A stretch of 64,000 nucleotides of DNA from Squalus acanthias (Eukaryota). Below the pieces are notes generated by a model. That model saw only the letters and a list, made by a program, of their open reading frames with translations, was not told where the DNA came from and ran no database searches. Shown one piece after another: positions 9,724 to 22,600 of this stretch (its first letter is position 1; each line of letters starts with the position of its first letter). Position numbers and translations under genes: made by a program. The DNA lies in the NCBI GenBank assembly GCA_030390025.1, contig JASTWF010000325.1, positions 62,001 through 126,000 on the forward strand. The letters are read 5' to 3'.

Positions 9724-10681
9724 ATGGCAGGGCAGCTCAGTCCCGCGGAATGCGCATCCTGTGCCATGTGGGAAATCCAGGACGCTTCCCATGGCCTGGA
9801 CGACCACGTGTGCAGGAAGTGTCATCAGCTGGAGGAGCTCGAGCTCCGGGTTTCGGAGCTTGAGCAGAAGCTGGTGTCACTGCGGTGCATCCGTGAGGCT
9901 GAGACCTACGTGGATAGCACATTTCAGGAGGTGGTCACCCCGCAGCTAAGGAGTGTGCAGGCAGAGAGGGAATGGGTGACCGCCAGACAGAAGAGGAGGA
10001 CCAGGCAGTTAGTGCAGGAGTCCCCTGAATGCATCTCACTCTCCAACCAGTATTCTGTTCTGTGTACTGGTGCGGGCGATGGTTCCTCTGGGAAGTACAG
10101 CCAGAACCAAGTCCACGGCACCACAGGTGGCTCAGCTGTATGGGGGGTGGAGGGGGGAGGAGGAAGATAGAGAAAGCAATAGTAGTAGAGGATTCAATAG
10201 TTAGGGGAGCAGACAGGCGTTTCTGCGGCCACAGACGTGACTCCAGGATGGTATGTTACCTCCCTGGTGCCAGGGTTAAGGATGTCACCGAGAGGCTGCA
10301 GAATATTCTGAGGGGGGAGGGTGAACAGCCACAGGTCGTGGTCCATATCGATACCAATGACATAGGTAGAAAAAGGGATGAGGTCCTGCAGGCAGATTAA
10401 GGGAGCTAGGAAAGAGGTTAAAACGCAGGACCTGAAAGGTAATAATCTCCGGATTACACCCGGTGCCACGCACGAGTGAGTATAGAAATAGGAGGATAGA
10501 GCAGATGAATGTGTGGCTGGAGAGATGGTGCAGGAGTGAGGGCTTTAGATTCCTGGGACATTGGGACCGGTTCTGGGGGAGGTAGGACCTGTACAGGCCG
10601 GACAGGTTGCACCTCAACAGAGCCGGGACCAATATCCTCGCGGGGAGGTTTGCTAGTGCTGTTGGGGAGGGTTTAAACTAA
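9724..10681 (+). pseudogene. CR1 ORF1: CxxC-CxxC zinc finger, coiled coil and SGNH/GDSL esterase domain (disrupted)
   Basis: CASC...CRKC and a heptad run LEELELRVSELEQKL. Esterase blocks AIVVEDSIVR, LPGARVKDV, VVVHIDTND and DRLHLN. Frameshift near 10150, stops near 10398 and 10434. Confidence 0.85.
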
Positions 10682-10825
10682 GTTGGCAGGGGGATGGGCA
10701 CCAGGATGTAGCATTAGAAAGGAGAAACAAAGGGCACAAAGGATTGGGAGAGACGGATAGTAAGAAATAGTAAGGTATTAGGTGGGGTCAGGCTAAGAGA
10801 GAACACAGGATGGTCTGAGGTAGGT

Positions 10826-13576
10826 TTACAGTGCATGTGTGTATACGCACGAAGCATAGTAAACAAGGTTGGTGAGCTGCAGACTCAAATAGCCACATGG
10901 AACATGATGTTGTGGTAATAATTGAGACCTGGCTCAAAAAAGGGCAGGATTGGGTATTAAATATTTCTGGATATAAGGGGTTCAGGAAAGATAGGGAAGG
11001 AAAGATAGGAGGTGGGGTGGCAGTATTGGTTAAGGAGAATGTTAGTGCTGGAGAGAGAGGACATCCTGGAGGGGTCAAGGACAGAATCTATTTGGTTAGA
11101 GTTAAGAAATAATAGAGGTGCCATTACATTACTAAGTGTATTCTATAGGCCACCAACTAGTGGGAATTTGCAGAGAGGTGCAAGAACTATAGAGTAGTGA
11201 TAATGAGGGACTTCAATTTTCCTAATATAGGCTGGGATAGGAATAGTGTAAAGGGCAGAGAGGGAGAAGAATTTCTGAAGTGTGTTCGGGAGAACTTTCT
11301 TGATCAGTATGTTTCCGGCCCAACGAGGAAGGAGGCATTGCTGGATCTGGTTCTGGGGAATGAGGTGGGTCGAGTAGAGCAAGTGTCAGTAGGTGAACAT
11401 TTAGGGAACAGTGATCATAGTATCATAAGGTTTAGATTAGCTATGGAAAAGGACAGGGAGCAAGCTAGAGTAAAAATACTTAATTGGAGGAAAGCCAATT
11501 TCAGTAGGATGAGAACGGATCTGGCCCGGGTAAATTGGAATCAAAGATTGGCAGGCAAAACTGTAATGGAACAATGGGCTGCCTTTAAAGAGGAAATAGT
11601 TCGGGTGCAGTCGAGGTACATTCCCACTAGGGGGAAAGGCAGGGCAACTAAAGTCAGAGCTCCCTGGATGGCGAAAGAGATAGAGAGTAAGATGAAGCAG
11701 ATGTCAGGTTGCAAATACATCTGAGAATCAGGCTATATATAGAAAGGTCAGAGGAGAAGTGAAAAAGAAAATAAGAGGGGCAAAGCGAGGGTATGAGAAT
11801 AGAATGGCAGCCAACATAAAAGGGAATCCAAAAGTCTTCTGTAGGCATATAAATAGTAAAAGGGTAGTAACAGGAGGGGTGGGGCCGATTAGGGACCAAA
11901 AAGGAGACCTACGCATGGAGGCAGAGGATATGGCTGAGCTACTAAATGAATACTTTGCATCTGTCTTCTTCGAGGAAGAAGATGCTGCCAAAGTCATAGT
12001 GAAAGAGGAGGTAGAGGAGATACTAGATGGGATAAAAATTGATAAAGAGGAGGTACTAGAAAGGCTGGCTGTACTTAAAGTAAATAAGTCACCAGGACCG
12101 GATGGGATGCATCCTAGGATGCTGAGGGAAATAAAGGTGTAAATTGCGGAGATACTGGCCATAATCTTCCAATCCTCCTTAGATACCCAGGGTGGTGCCA
12201 GAGGACTGGAGAATTGCAAATGTTACACCCTTGTTCAAAAAGGGAGTAAGGATAAACCCAGCAACTACAGACCAGTCAGTTTAACCTCGGTAGTGGGGAA
12301 GCTTTCAGAAAGAATAATCCGGGACAAAATTAACAGTCACTTGGACAAGTGTGGATTAATTAAGGAAAGCCAGCACAGATTTGTTAAAGGCAAATCGTGT
12401 TTAACTAACTTGATTGAGTATTTTGATGAGGTAACAGAGAGGGTTGATGAGGGCAATGCGGTTGATGTGGTGTACATGGATTTCCAAAAGGCATTCGACA
12501 AAGTGCCACATAATAGGCTTGCCAGCAAAGTTGAAGCCCATGGAATAAAAGGCACAGTGGCAGCCTGGATACGAAATTGGCTAAGTGACAGGAAATAGAG
12601 AGTACTGGTGAACGATTGTTTTTCGGACTGGAGGAAGGTTTATAGTGGTGTTCCACAGGGGTCGGTTCTAGGACCACTGCTTTTCTTGATATATATTAAT
12701 GACTTGGACTTGGGTGTACAGGGCACAATTTCAAAATTTGCAGATGACACAAAACTTGGAAGTATAGTGAACAGTGAGGAGGATAGTGATAGACTTCAGG
12801 AAGACATAGAAAGGCTGGTGAAATGGGCAGACACGTGGCAGATCAAATTTAACGCAGAAAAGTGTGAAGTGATACATTTTGGTAGGAAGAACGAGGAGAG
12901 GCAATATAAACTAAAGGGTACAATCCTAAAGGGGGTGCGTGAACAGAGAGACCTGGGGGTATATGTGCACAAATCATTGAAGGTGGCAGGGCAGGTTGAG
13001 AAAGCGGTTAAAAAAGCATACGGGATCCTGGGCTTCATAAACAGAGGCATAGAATACAAAAGCAAGGAAGTTATGATGAACCATTATAAAACACTAGTTC
13101 GGCCTCAACTGGAGTATTGTGTCCAATTCTGGGCACCGCACTTTCGGAAGAATGTGAAGGCCTTAGAGAGGGTGCAGAAAAGATTTACAAGAATGGTTCC
13201 AGGGATGAGGGTCTTCAGTTACGTGGATAGACTGGAGAAGCTGGAGTTGTTCTCCTTAGAGCAGAGAAAATTGAGAGGAGATTTGATAGAGGTGTTCAAA
13301 ATCATGAGAGGTCTGGACAGAGTAGATAGAGAGAAACTGTTCCCATTGGCGGAAGGGTCGAGAACCAGAGGACACAGATTTAAGGTGACTGGCAGAAGAA
13401 CCAAAGGTGACATGAGGAAAAACTTTTTTATGCAGCGAGTGGTTAGGATCTGGAATGCACTGCCTGAGAGGGTGGTGGAGGCAGATTCAATCGTGGCTTT
13501 CAAAAGGGAATTGGATAAGTACCTGAAGGAAAAAAATGTACAGGGCTACGGGGAAAGGGCGGGGGAGTGGGACTAG
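10826..13576 (+). pseudogene. CR1 ORF2 (endonuclease + RT), multiple stops and frameshifts
   Basis: IETWL, GGGVAVLV, YRPP, DFN, SDH, KSPGPDG, DFQKAFD, GVPQGSVLGP and KFADD spread over several broken ORFs. Confidence 0.92.
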
Positions 13577-13644
13577 CTGAAGTGCTCTTGCAGAGAGCCG
13601 GCATTGGCTCGACGGGCCAAATGGCCTCCTTCTGTGCTGTAACC

Positions 13645-15371
13645 GGGCCAAACTTCCTCTAAGGTCCCCCCTGCCCTAGCCCTGAACTCACTTCTTTCTC
13701 CAGTTTCTCTCCGATCTCCCCTCATGACCTCTCCGCACTCATCTTGTCCATGCGACCCACTTCCTGCTCCCTCGACCCTATTCCCACCAAACTGCTGACC
13801 ACCTAACTTCCTTTTCTGGCTCCCATGTTAGCTGACATTGTTACCGGTTCTCTCTCCTCAAGTACTGTCCCCCTCTCCCTCAAACCTGCCGTCATCATCC
13901 CTCTCCTCAAAAAATCAACCATTGACCCCTCTGTCCTTGCAAACTACCGCCCCATCTCCAGCCTCCCTTTCCTCTCCAAAGTCCTTGAACGTGTTGTCAC
14001 CTCCCAAATCCATGCCCATCTCTCCCGGAACTCCATGTTTGACTCCCTCCAATCAGGTTTCCGCCCCTGCCACAGTACCGAAACGGCTCTCATCCAAGTC
14101 ACAAATGACATCCTTTGTGACTGTGACAAAGGTAAACTATCCCTCCTCGTCCTTCTTGATTTGTCTGCAGCCTTTGACACGGTTGACCACTCCATCCTTC
14201 TCCAACGCCTCTCCACCGTCATCCAGCTGGGTGGGACTGCACTCACCTGGTTCCATTCTAATTGTAGCCAGAGAATTACCTGCAACGGCTTCTCTTCCCA
14301 TTACCTCTGGTGTCCCCCAAGGATCTGTCCTTGGCCCCCTCCTATTTCTCATCTTCATGTTGCCCCTTGGCGACATCATCCGAAAATACAGCGTCAGTTT
14401 CCACATGTACGCTGACGACACCCAGCTCCACTTCACCACCACTTCTCTCAACCCCTCCACGGTCTCTAAATTGTCAGACTGCTTGTCCGACATCCTGTTC
14501 TGGATGAGCAGAAATTTTCTCCAATTACATATTGGGAAGACCGAAGCCATTGTTTTCAGTCCCTGCCACAAACTTCGTTCCCTAGCCACTGATTCCATCC
14601 CTCTCCCTAACATCTGTCTGAGGCTGAACCACACTGTTCACAACCTTGGTGTCATATTTGACCCTGAAATGAGCTTCCGACCACATATCCACGGCATAAC
14701 TAAGACCACCTATTTCCACCTCAGTAACATCGCCCATCTCCGCCCTTGCCTCAGCTCATCCGCTGCTGAAACCCTCATCTATGCCTTTGTTACCTCTAGA
14801 CTTGACTATTCCAACGCACTCCTGGCTGGCCTCCCACATTCTACCCTTCGTAAACTTGAGGTCATCCAAAACTCAGCTGCCTGTGTCCTAACTCGCACCA
14901 AGTCCCGTTCGCCCATCACCCCTGTGCTCGCTGACCTCCATTGGCTCTCGGTTAAGCAACGCCTCGATTTCAAAATTCTCATCCTTGATTTCAAATCCCT
15001 CCATGGCCTTGCCCCTCCCTATCTCTGTAATCTCCTCCAGCCCCACAACCCCTCGAGATATCTGCGCTCCTCTAATTCTGTCCTCTTGAGTATCCCTGAT
15101 TATAATCGCTCAACCATTGGTGGCCTGTGCCTTCTGTTGCCTCGGCCCTAAGCTCTGGAATTCCCTCCCTAAACCTCTCCGCCTCGCTACCTCTCTTTCC
15201 TCCTTTAAGACGCTCCTTAAAACCTACCTCTTTGACCAAGCTTTTGGTCACCTGCCCTAATTTCTCCTTATGTGCCTCAGTGTCAAATTCTTTGTCTTAT
15301 AATACTCCTGTGAAGTGCCTTGGGACGTTTTACTACGTTAAAGGCGCTATATAAATACAAGTTGTTGTTGT
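13645..15371 (+). mobile_element. 5'-truncated L2-clade LINE with a (TTG)n tail
   Basis: NYRPIS.LPFLSKVLE, LQSGFRP.HSTETAL, LLDLSAAFDTVDH, YADDTQL, SRLDYSN, LHWL. Ends AAGGCGCTATATAAATACAAG(TTG)n. TGTAACC is duplicated at 13638-13644 and 15372-15378. Confidence 0.92.
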
Positions 15372-16636
15372 TGTAACCACTCTACGTCCTGAGGTCATGA
15401 AAGGTGTTGTATAAACACAATTCTTTCTTTCTTTTACTGCTATGGACTTGTTGTTGCTTTGTTGTCATAAATAAAGATTAAATAAATTTTAAAATATACA
15501 TGTGTAGCTGTGTCTAATGCGACAGGCCTGAACCTGAATGATATTGCGAGGCGAGGTATTGTATGAACCTGGGGCGGCCATGCTGTGTGGCCTCACCAGG
15601 GCCCTGAGAATCGACGTGTGCTGCGATCTGGGGGGGGTTACACTGGGATCATACAATGCGTTACCCTCCAGTGTAGCTGATGCCCAGATTACGGGGTTAT
15701 GGGGCGGGGGGGGAGCTAATTTGCTGGGGCTGGCTGGAACATCCACGACTGTTGCATCTCTGACACCTGCCGACCTCACCCAGCCAGAAAATCCAGCACC
15801 AGCTGCCTTTAGGGGGCTGGGGTTTGACCCCCATGGAGTATTCCCAAGCCCTCCCTCCTCCCCCAGTGTAAGGGGGTAGATCCTGATGATTTTTGTATAT
15901 ACCTTGGCCCGTCGTCAGTGACCTGGCCTGGCCCTCCCCACTTCCAGCCATCGGGAGGCTGGTATACCTCATCTCACCGAGTCCCACACCGGTTCCCCAC
16001 TGAGCCGGGGAAGGGTGAGCTCCTGAAGTAGGGGGTCCCTGGGCCTGGAGCGGGCCTGGAGATCACTCTCCCTGTTGGGCGAGGTTCTGCCCATTGCTAG
16101 GCCACCTGGGAATTGCTGAAAATGGCGGAGGGGCCTCAGTGTAACGAGTCTCAGCTTGGACATCAGCTGAAGGATCCAAGAAACTCACCCGAGGGAACCC
16201 TGAGGCATATGTCTCTTGTTAAGAAATTAATTCACTGAAAAGCAAAGTAGTTTGAGACTAAAGTCCCTTAAGTGTAATGTTGGCATGCGGATTGACAGAG
16301 CATGGAATGGAGACACTGCTGAATGAGGCAAGGTACAGGGCGATAATAATAGCAGGTCATTAACAACCCACCTTACCAAGTGTCAGACTGTGGTACTCTC
16401 AGCTTCATTTGTTAATATAATCGGTTTAGTTGTAGCGCAGAAGAATAACGTAGTAAGGTAACATAGTAAAGCAGTGCAGGTCAGCTGAGGATTGTACCAC
16501 GCGTGTCGAACATCACAAGACATTCATTCAAAAATACCTGTCGCTTCTTAAATTTCGATGTTGTGGGAGTGATTTTCGTCTTCCGCGATATGCAGAGTTT
16601 ACACAGCGACTGGTCGGAGGAGTCAGGGTGAGTGCA

Positions 16637-19600
16637 GATGGGCGACAGGCCCGGGTGGGCCTGGGCTCTGATGGGCGGCAGGCCTGGGCTCCGATGGGCG
16701 ACAGGCCTGGGCTCCGATGGGCGACAGGCCTGGGCAGGCCTGGGTTCCGATGTGCAGTGGGCCTGGGCTCCGATGGGCGGCGGGCCTGGGCTCCGATGGG
16801 CGGCGGGCCTGGGCTCCGATGTGCAGTGGGCCTGGGCTCCGATGGGCGGCGGGCCTGGGCTCTGATGGGCGGCGGGCCTGGGCTCCGATGTGCAGTGGGC
16901 CTGGGCTCCGATGGGCGGCGGGCCTGGGCTCCGATGGGCGACAGGCCTGGGCTCCGATGTGCAGTGGGCCTGGGCTCTGATGGGCGGCGGGACTGGGCTC
17001 CGATGTGCAGTGGGCCTGGGCTCTGATGGGCGGCGGGCCTGGGCTCCGATGGGCGACAGGCCTGGACTCCGATGGGCGACAGGCCTGGGCTCCGATGGGC
17101 AACAGTCCTGGGCAGGCCTGGGCTCTGATGGGCGGCGGGCCTGGACTCCGATGGGCGACAGGCCTGGGCTCCGATGGGCGGCAGGCCTGGGCTCCGATGG
17201 GTGACAGGCCTGGGCAGGCCTGGGCTCCGATGGGCGGCAGGCCTGGGCTCCGATGGGCGACAGGCCTGGGCAGGCCTGGGCTCCGATGAGCGGCAGGCCT
17301 GGACTCTGATGGGTGGCAGGCCTGGGCTCCGATGGGCGACAGGCCTGGGCAGGCCTGGGTTCCGATGTGCAGTGGGCCTGGGCTCCGATGGGCGGCGGGC
17401 CTGGGCTCCGATGGGCGGCGGGCCTGGGCTCCGATGTGCAATGGGCCTGGGCTCCGATGGGCGGCGGGCCTGGGCTCTGATGGGCGGCGGGCCTGGGCTC
17501 CGATGTGCAGTGGGCCTGGGCTCCGATGGGCGGCGGGCCTGGGCTCCGATGGGCGACAGGCCTGGGCTCCGATGTGCAGTGGGCCTGGGCTCTGATGGGC
17601 GGCGGGACTGGGCTCCGATGTGCAGTGGGCCTGGGCTCTGATGGGCGGCGGGCCTGGACTCTGATGGGCGACGGGCCTGGACTCCGATGGGCGACAGGCC
17701 TGGGCTCCGATGGGCGACAGGCCTGGGCTCCGATGGGCGACAGGCCTGGGCAGGCCTGGGCTCTGATGGGCGGCGGGCCTGGACTCCGATGGGCGACAGG
17801 CCTGGGCTCCGATGGGCGACAGGCCTGGGCTCCGATGGGCGACAGGCCTGGGCAGGCCTGGGCTCCGATGGGCGGCGGGCCTGGACTCTGATGGGTGGCA
17901 GGCCTGGGCTCCGATGGGCGACAGGCCTAGGCAGGCCTGGGTTCCGATGTGCAGTGGGCCTGGGCTCCGATGGGCGGCGGGCCTGGGCTCCGATGGGCGG
18001 CGGGCCTGGGCTCCGATGGGTGACAGGCCAGGGCTCCGATGGGCAACAGGCCTGGGCAGGCCTGGGTTCCGATGTGCAGTGGGCCTGGGCTCCGATGGGC
18101 GGCGGGCCTGGACTCCGATGGGCGGCAGGCCTGGGCTCCGATGGGCGACAGGCCTGGGCAGGCCTGGGTTCCGATGGGTGGCAGGCCTGGACTCCGATGG
18201 GTGACAGGCCTAGGCTCCGATGGGCGGCAGGCCTGGGCTCCGATGGGCGACAGGCCTGGGCAGGGCTGGGCTCCGATGGGCGGCGGGCCTGGACTCCGAT
18301 GGGCGGCAGGCCTGGGCTCCGATGGGCGACAGGCCTGGGCAGGCCTGGGTTCTGATGTGCAGTGGGCCTGGGCTCCGATGGGCGGCGGGCCTGGGCTCCG
18401 ATGGGCGGCAGGCCTGGGCTCCGATGGGCGACAGGCATGGGCAGGCCTGGGTTCCGATGGGTGACAGGCCTGGGCTCCGATGGGCGACAGGCCTGGGCAG
18501 GCCTGGGTTCTGATGGGCGACAGGCCTGGGCTCCGATGGGCGACAGGCCTGGGCAGGCCTGGGTTCTGATGTGCAGTGGGCCTGGGTTCCGATGGGCGGC
18601 GGGACTGGACTCCGATGGGCGGCAGGCCTGGGCTCCGATGTGCAGTGGGCCTGGGCTCTGATGGGCGGCGGGACTGGGCTCCGATGTGCAGTGGGCCTGG
18701 GCTCTGATGGGCGGCGGGCCTGGACTCCGATGGGCGACGGGCCTGGACTCCGATGGGCGACAGGCCTGGACTCCGATGGGCGACAGGCCTGGGCTCCGAT
18801 GGGCAACAGTCCTGGGCAGGCCTGGGCTCTGATGGGCGGCGGGCCTGGACACCGATGGGCGACAGGCCTGGGCTCCGATGGGCGGCAGGCCTGGGCTCCG
18901 ATGGGTGACAGGCCTGGGCAGGCCTGGGCTCCGATGGGCGGCAGGCCTGGGCTCCGATGGGCGACAGGCCTGGGCAGGCCTGGGCTCCGATGGGCGGCAG
19001 GCCTGGACTCTGATGGGTGGCAGGCCTGGGCTCCGATGGGCGACAGGCCTGGGCAGGCCTGGGTTCCGATGTGCAGTGGGCCTGGGCTCCGATGGGCGGC
19101 GGGCCTGGGCTCCGATGGGCGGCGGGCCTGGGCTCCGATGTGCAATGGGCCTGGGCTCCGATGGGCGGCGGGCCTGGGCTCTGATGGGCGGCGGGCCTGG
19201 GCTCCGATGTGCAGTGGGCCTGGGCTCCGATGGGCGGCGGGCCTGGGCTCCGATGGGCGACAGGCCTGGGCTCCGATGTGCAGCGGGCCTGGGCTCTGAT
19301 GGGCGGCGGGACTGGGCTCCGATGTGCAGTGGGCCTGGGCTCTGATGGGCGGCGGGCCTGGACTCTGATGGGCGACGGGCCTGGACTCCGATGGGCGACA
19401 GGCCTGGGCTCCGATGGGCGACAGGCCTGGGCTCCGATGGGCGACAGGCCTGGGCAGGCCTGGGCTCCGATGGGCGGCGGGCCTGTACTCTGATGGGTGG
19501 CAGGCCTGGGCTCCGATGGGCGACAGGCCTAGGCAGGCCTGGGTTCCGATGTGCAGTGGGCCTGGGCTCCGATGGGCGGCGGGCCTGGGCTCCGATGGGC

Positions 19601-22600
19601 GGCGGGCCTGGGCTCCGATGGGTGACAGGCCAGGGCTCCGATGGGCAACAGGCCTGGGCAGGCCTGGGTTCCGATGTGCAGTGGGCCTGGGCTCCGATGG
19701 GCGGCGGGCCTGGACTCCGATGGGCGGCAGGCCTGGGCTCCGATGGGCGACAGGCCTGGGCAGGCCTGGGTTCCGATGGGTGGCAGGCCTGGACTCCGAT
19801 GGGTGACAGGCCTAGGCTCCGATGGGCGGCAGGCCTGGGCTCCGATGGGCGACAGGCCTGGGCAGGGCTGGGCTCCGATGGGCGGCGGGCCTGGACTCCG
19901 ATGGGCGGCAGGCCTGGGCTCCGATGGGCGACAGGCCTGGGCAGGCCTGGGTTCTGATGTGCAGTGGGCCTGGGCTCCGATGGGCGGCGGGCCTGGGCTC
20001 CGATGGGCGGCAGGCCTGGGCTCCGATGGGCGACAGGCATGGGCAGGCCTGGGTTCCGATGGGTGACAGGCCTGGGCTCCGATGGGCGACAGGCCTGGGC
20101 AGGCCTGGGTTCTGATGGGCGACAGGCCTGGGCTCCGATGGGCGACAGGCCTGGGCAGGCCTGGGTTCTGATGTGCAGTGGGCCTGGGTTCCGATGGGCG
20201 GCGGGACTGGACTCCGATGGGCGGCAGGCCTGGGCTCCGATGTGCAGTGGGCCTGGGCTCTGATGGGCGGCGGGACTGGGCTCCGATGTGCAGTGGGCCT
20301 GGGCTCTGATGGGCGGCGGGCCTGGACTCCGATGGGCGACGGGCCTGGACTCCGATGGGCGACAGGCCTGGACTCCGATGGGCGACAGGCCTGGGCTCCG
20401 ATGGGCAACAGTCCTGGGCAGGCCTGGGCTCTGATGGGCGGCGGGCCTGGACTCCGATGGGCGACAGGCCTGGGCTCCGATGGGCGGCAGGCCTGGGCTC
20501 CGATGGGTGACAGGCCTGGGCAGGCCTGGGCTCCGATGGGCGGCAGGCCTGGGCTCCGATGGGCGACAGGCCTGGGCAGGCCTGGGCTCCGATGGGTGGC
20601 AGGCCTGGACTCTGATGGGTGGCAGGCCTGGGCTCCGATGGGCGACAGGCCTGGGCAGGCCTGGGTTCCGATGTGCAGTGGGCCTGGGCTCCGATGGGCG
20701 GCGGGCCTGGGCTCCGATGGGCGGCGGGCCTGGGCTCCGATGTGCAATGGGCCTGGGCTCCGATGGGCGGCGGGCCTGGGCTCTGATGGGCGGCGGGCCT
20801 GGGCTCCGATGTGCAGTGGGCCTGGGCTCCGATGGGCGGCGGGCCTGGGCTCCGATGGGCGACAGGCCTGGGCTCCGATGTGCAGCGGGCCTGGGCTCTG
20901 ATGGGCGGCGGGACTGGGCTCCGATGTGCAGTGGGCCTGGGCTCTGATGGGCGGCGGGCCTGGACTCTGATGGGCGACGGGCCTGGACTCCGATGGGCGA
21001 CAGGCCTGGGCTCCGATGGGCGACAGGCCTGGGCTCCGATGGGCGACAGGCCTGGGCAGGCCTGGGCTCTGATGGGCGGCGGGCCTGGACTCCGATGGGC
21101 GACAGGCCTGGGCTCCGATGGGCGACAGGCCTGGGCAGGCCTGGGCTCCGATGGGCGGCGGGCCTGTACTCTGATGGGTGGCAGGCCTGGGCTCCGATGG
21201 GCGACAGGCCTAGGCAGGCCTGGGTTCCGATGTGCAGTGGGCCTGGGCTCCGATGGGCGGCGGGCCTGGGCTCCGATGGGCGGCGGGCCTGGGCTCCGAT
21301 GGGTGACAGGCCAGGGCTCCGATGGGCAACAGGCCTGGGCAGGCCTGGGTTCCGATGTGCAGTGGGCCTGGGCTCCGATGGGCGGCGGGCCTGGACTCCG
21401 ATGGGCGGCAGGCCTGGGCTCCGATGGGCGACAGGCCTGGGCAGGCCTGGGTTCCGATGGGTGGCAGGCCTGGACTCCGATGGGTGACAGGCCTAGGCTC
21501 CGATGGGCGGCAGGCCTGGGCTCCGATGGGCGACAGGCCTGGGCAGGGCTGGGCTCCGATGGGCGGCGGGCCTGGACTCCGATGGGCGGCAGGCCTGGGC
21601 TCCGATGGGCGACAGGCCTGGGCAGGCCTGGGTTCTGATGTGCAGTGGGCCTGGGCTCCGATGGGCGGCGGGCCTGGGCTCCGATGGGCGGCAGGCCTGG
21701 GCTCCGATGGGCGACAGGCATGGGCAGGCCTGGGTTCCGATGGGTGACAGGCCTGGGCTCCGATGGGCGACAGGCCTGGGCAGGCCTGGGTTCTGATGGG
21801 CGACAGGCCTGGGCTCCGATGGGCGACAGGCCTGGGCAGGCCTGGGTTCTGATGTGCAGTGGGCCTGGGTTCCGATGGGCGGCGGGACTGGACTCCGATG
21901 GGCGGCAGGCCTGGGCTCCGATGGGCGGCAGGACTGGGCTCCAATGGGCGACAGGCCTGGACTCCGATGGCGACAGGCCAGGACTCTGATGGTTGGCGGG
22001 CCTGGGCAGACCTGGGCTCCGATGGGCGGCGGGCCTGGGCTCCGATGTGCAGTGGGCCTGGGCTCCGATGGGCGGCGGGCCTGGGCTCTGATGGGCGGCG
22101 GGCCTGGGCTCCGATGTGCAGTGGGCCTGGGCTCTGATGGGCGGCGGGACTGGGCTCCGATGTGCAGTGGGCCTGGGCTCTGATGGGCGGCGGGCCTGGA
22201 CTCCGATGGGCGACGGGCCTGGACTCCGATGGGCGACAGGCCTGGACTCCGATGGGCGACAAGCCTGGGCTCCGATGGGCAACAGTCCTGGGCAGGCCTG
22301 GGCTCTGATGGGCGGCGGGCCTGGACTCCGATGGGCGACAGGCCTGGGCTCCGATGGGCGGCAGGCCTGGGCTCCGATGGGTGACAGGCCTGGGCAGGCC
22401 TGGGCTCCGATGGGCGGCAGGCCTGGGCTCCGATGGGCGACAGGCCTGGGCAGGCCTGGGCTCCGATGGGCGGCAGGCCTGGACTCTGATGGGTGGCAGG
22501 CCTGGGCTCCGATGGGCGACAGGCCTGGGCAGGCCTGGGTTCCGATGTGCAGTGGGCCTGGGCTCCGATGGGCGGCGGGCCTGGGCTCCGATGGGCGGCA

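Larger units (their letters stand above)
9295..13644 (+). mobile_element. Near-full-length CR1 LINE, copy 2 (5' UTR, ORF1, ORF2, 3' UTR), inactivated
   Basis: ORF1 and ORF2 as below. 3' end GGCCAAATGGCCTCCTTCTGTGCTGTAACC, with a residual tail resuming at 15372 after the L2. The 5' boundary is approximate. Confidence 0.92.
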
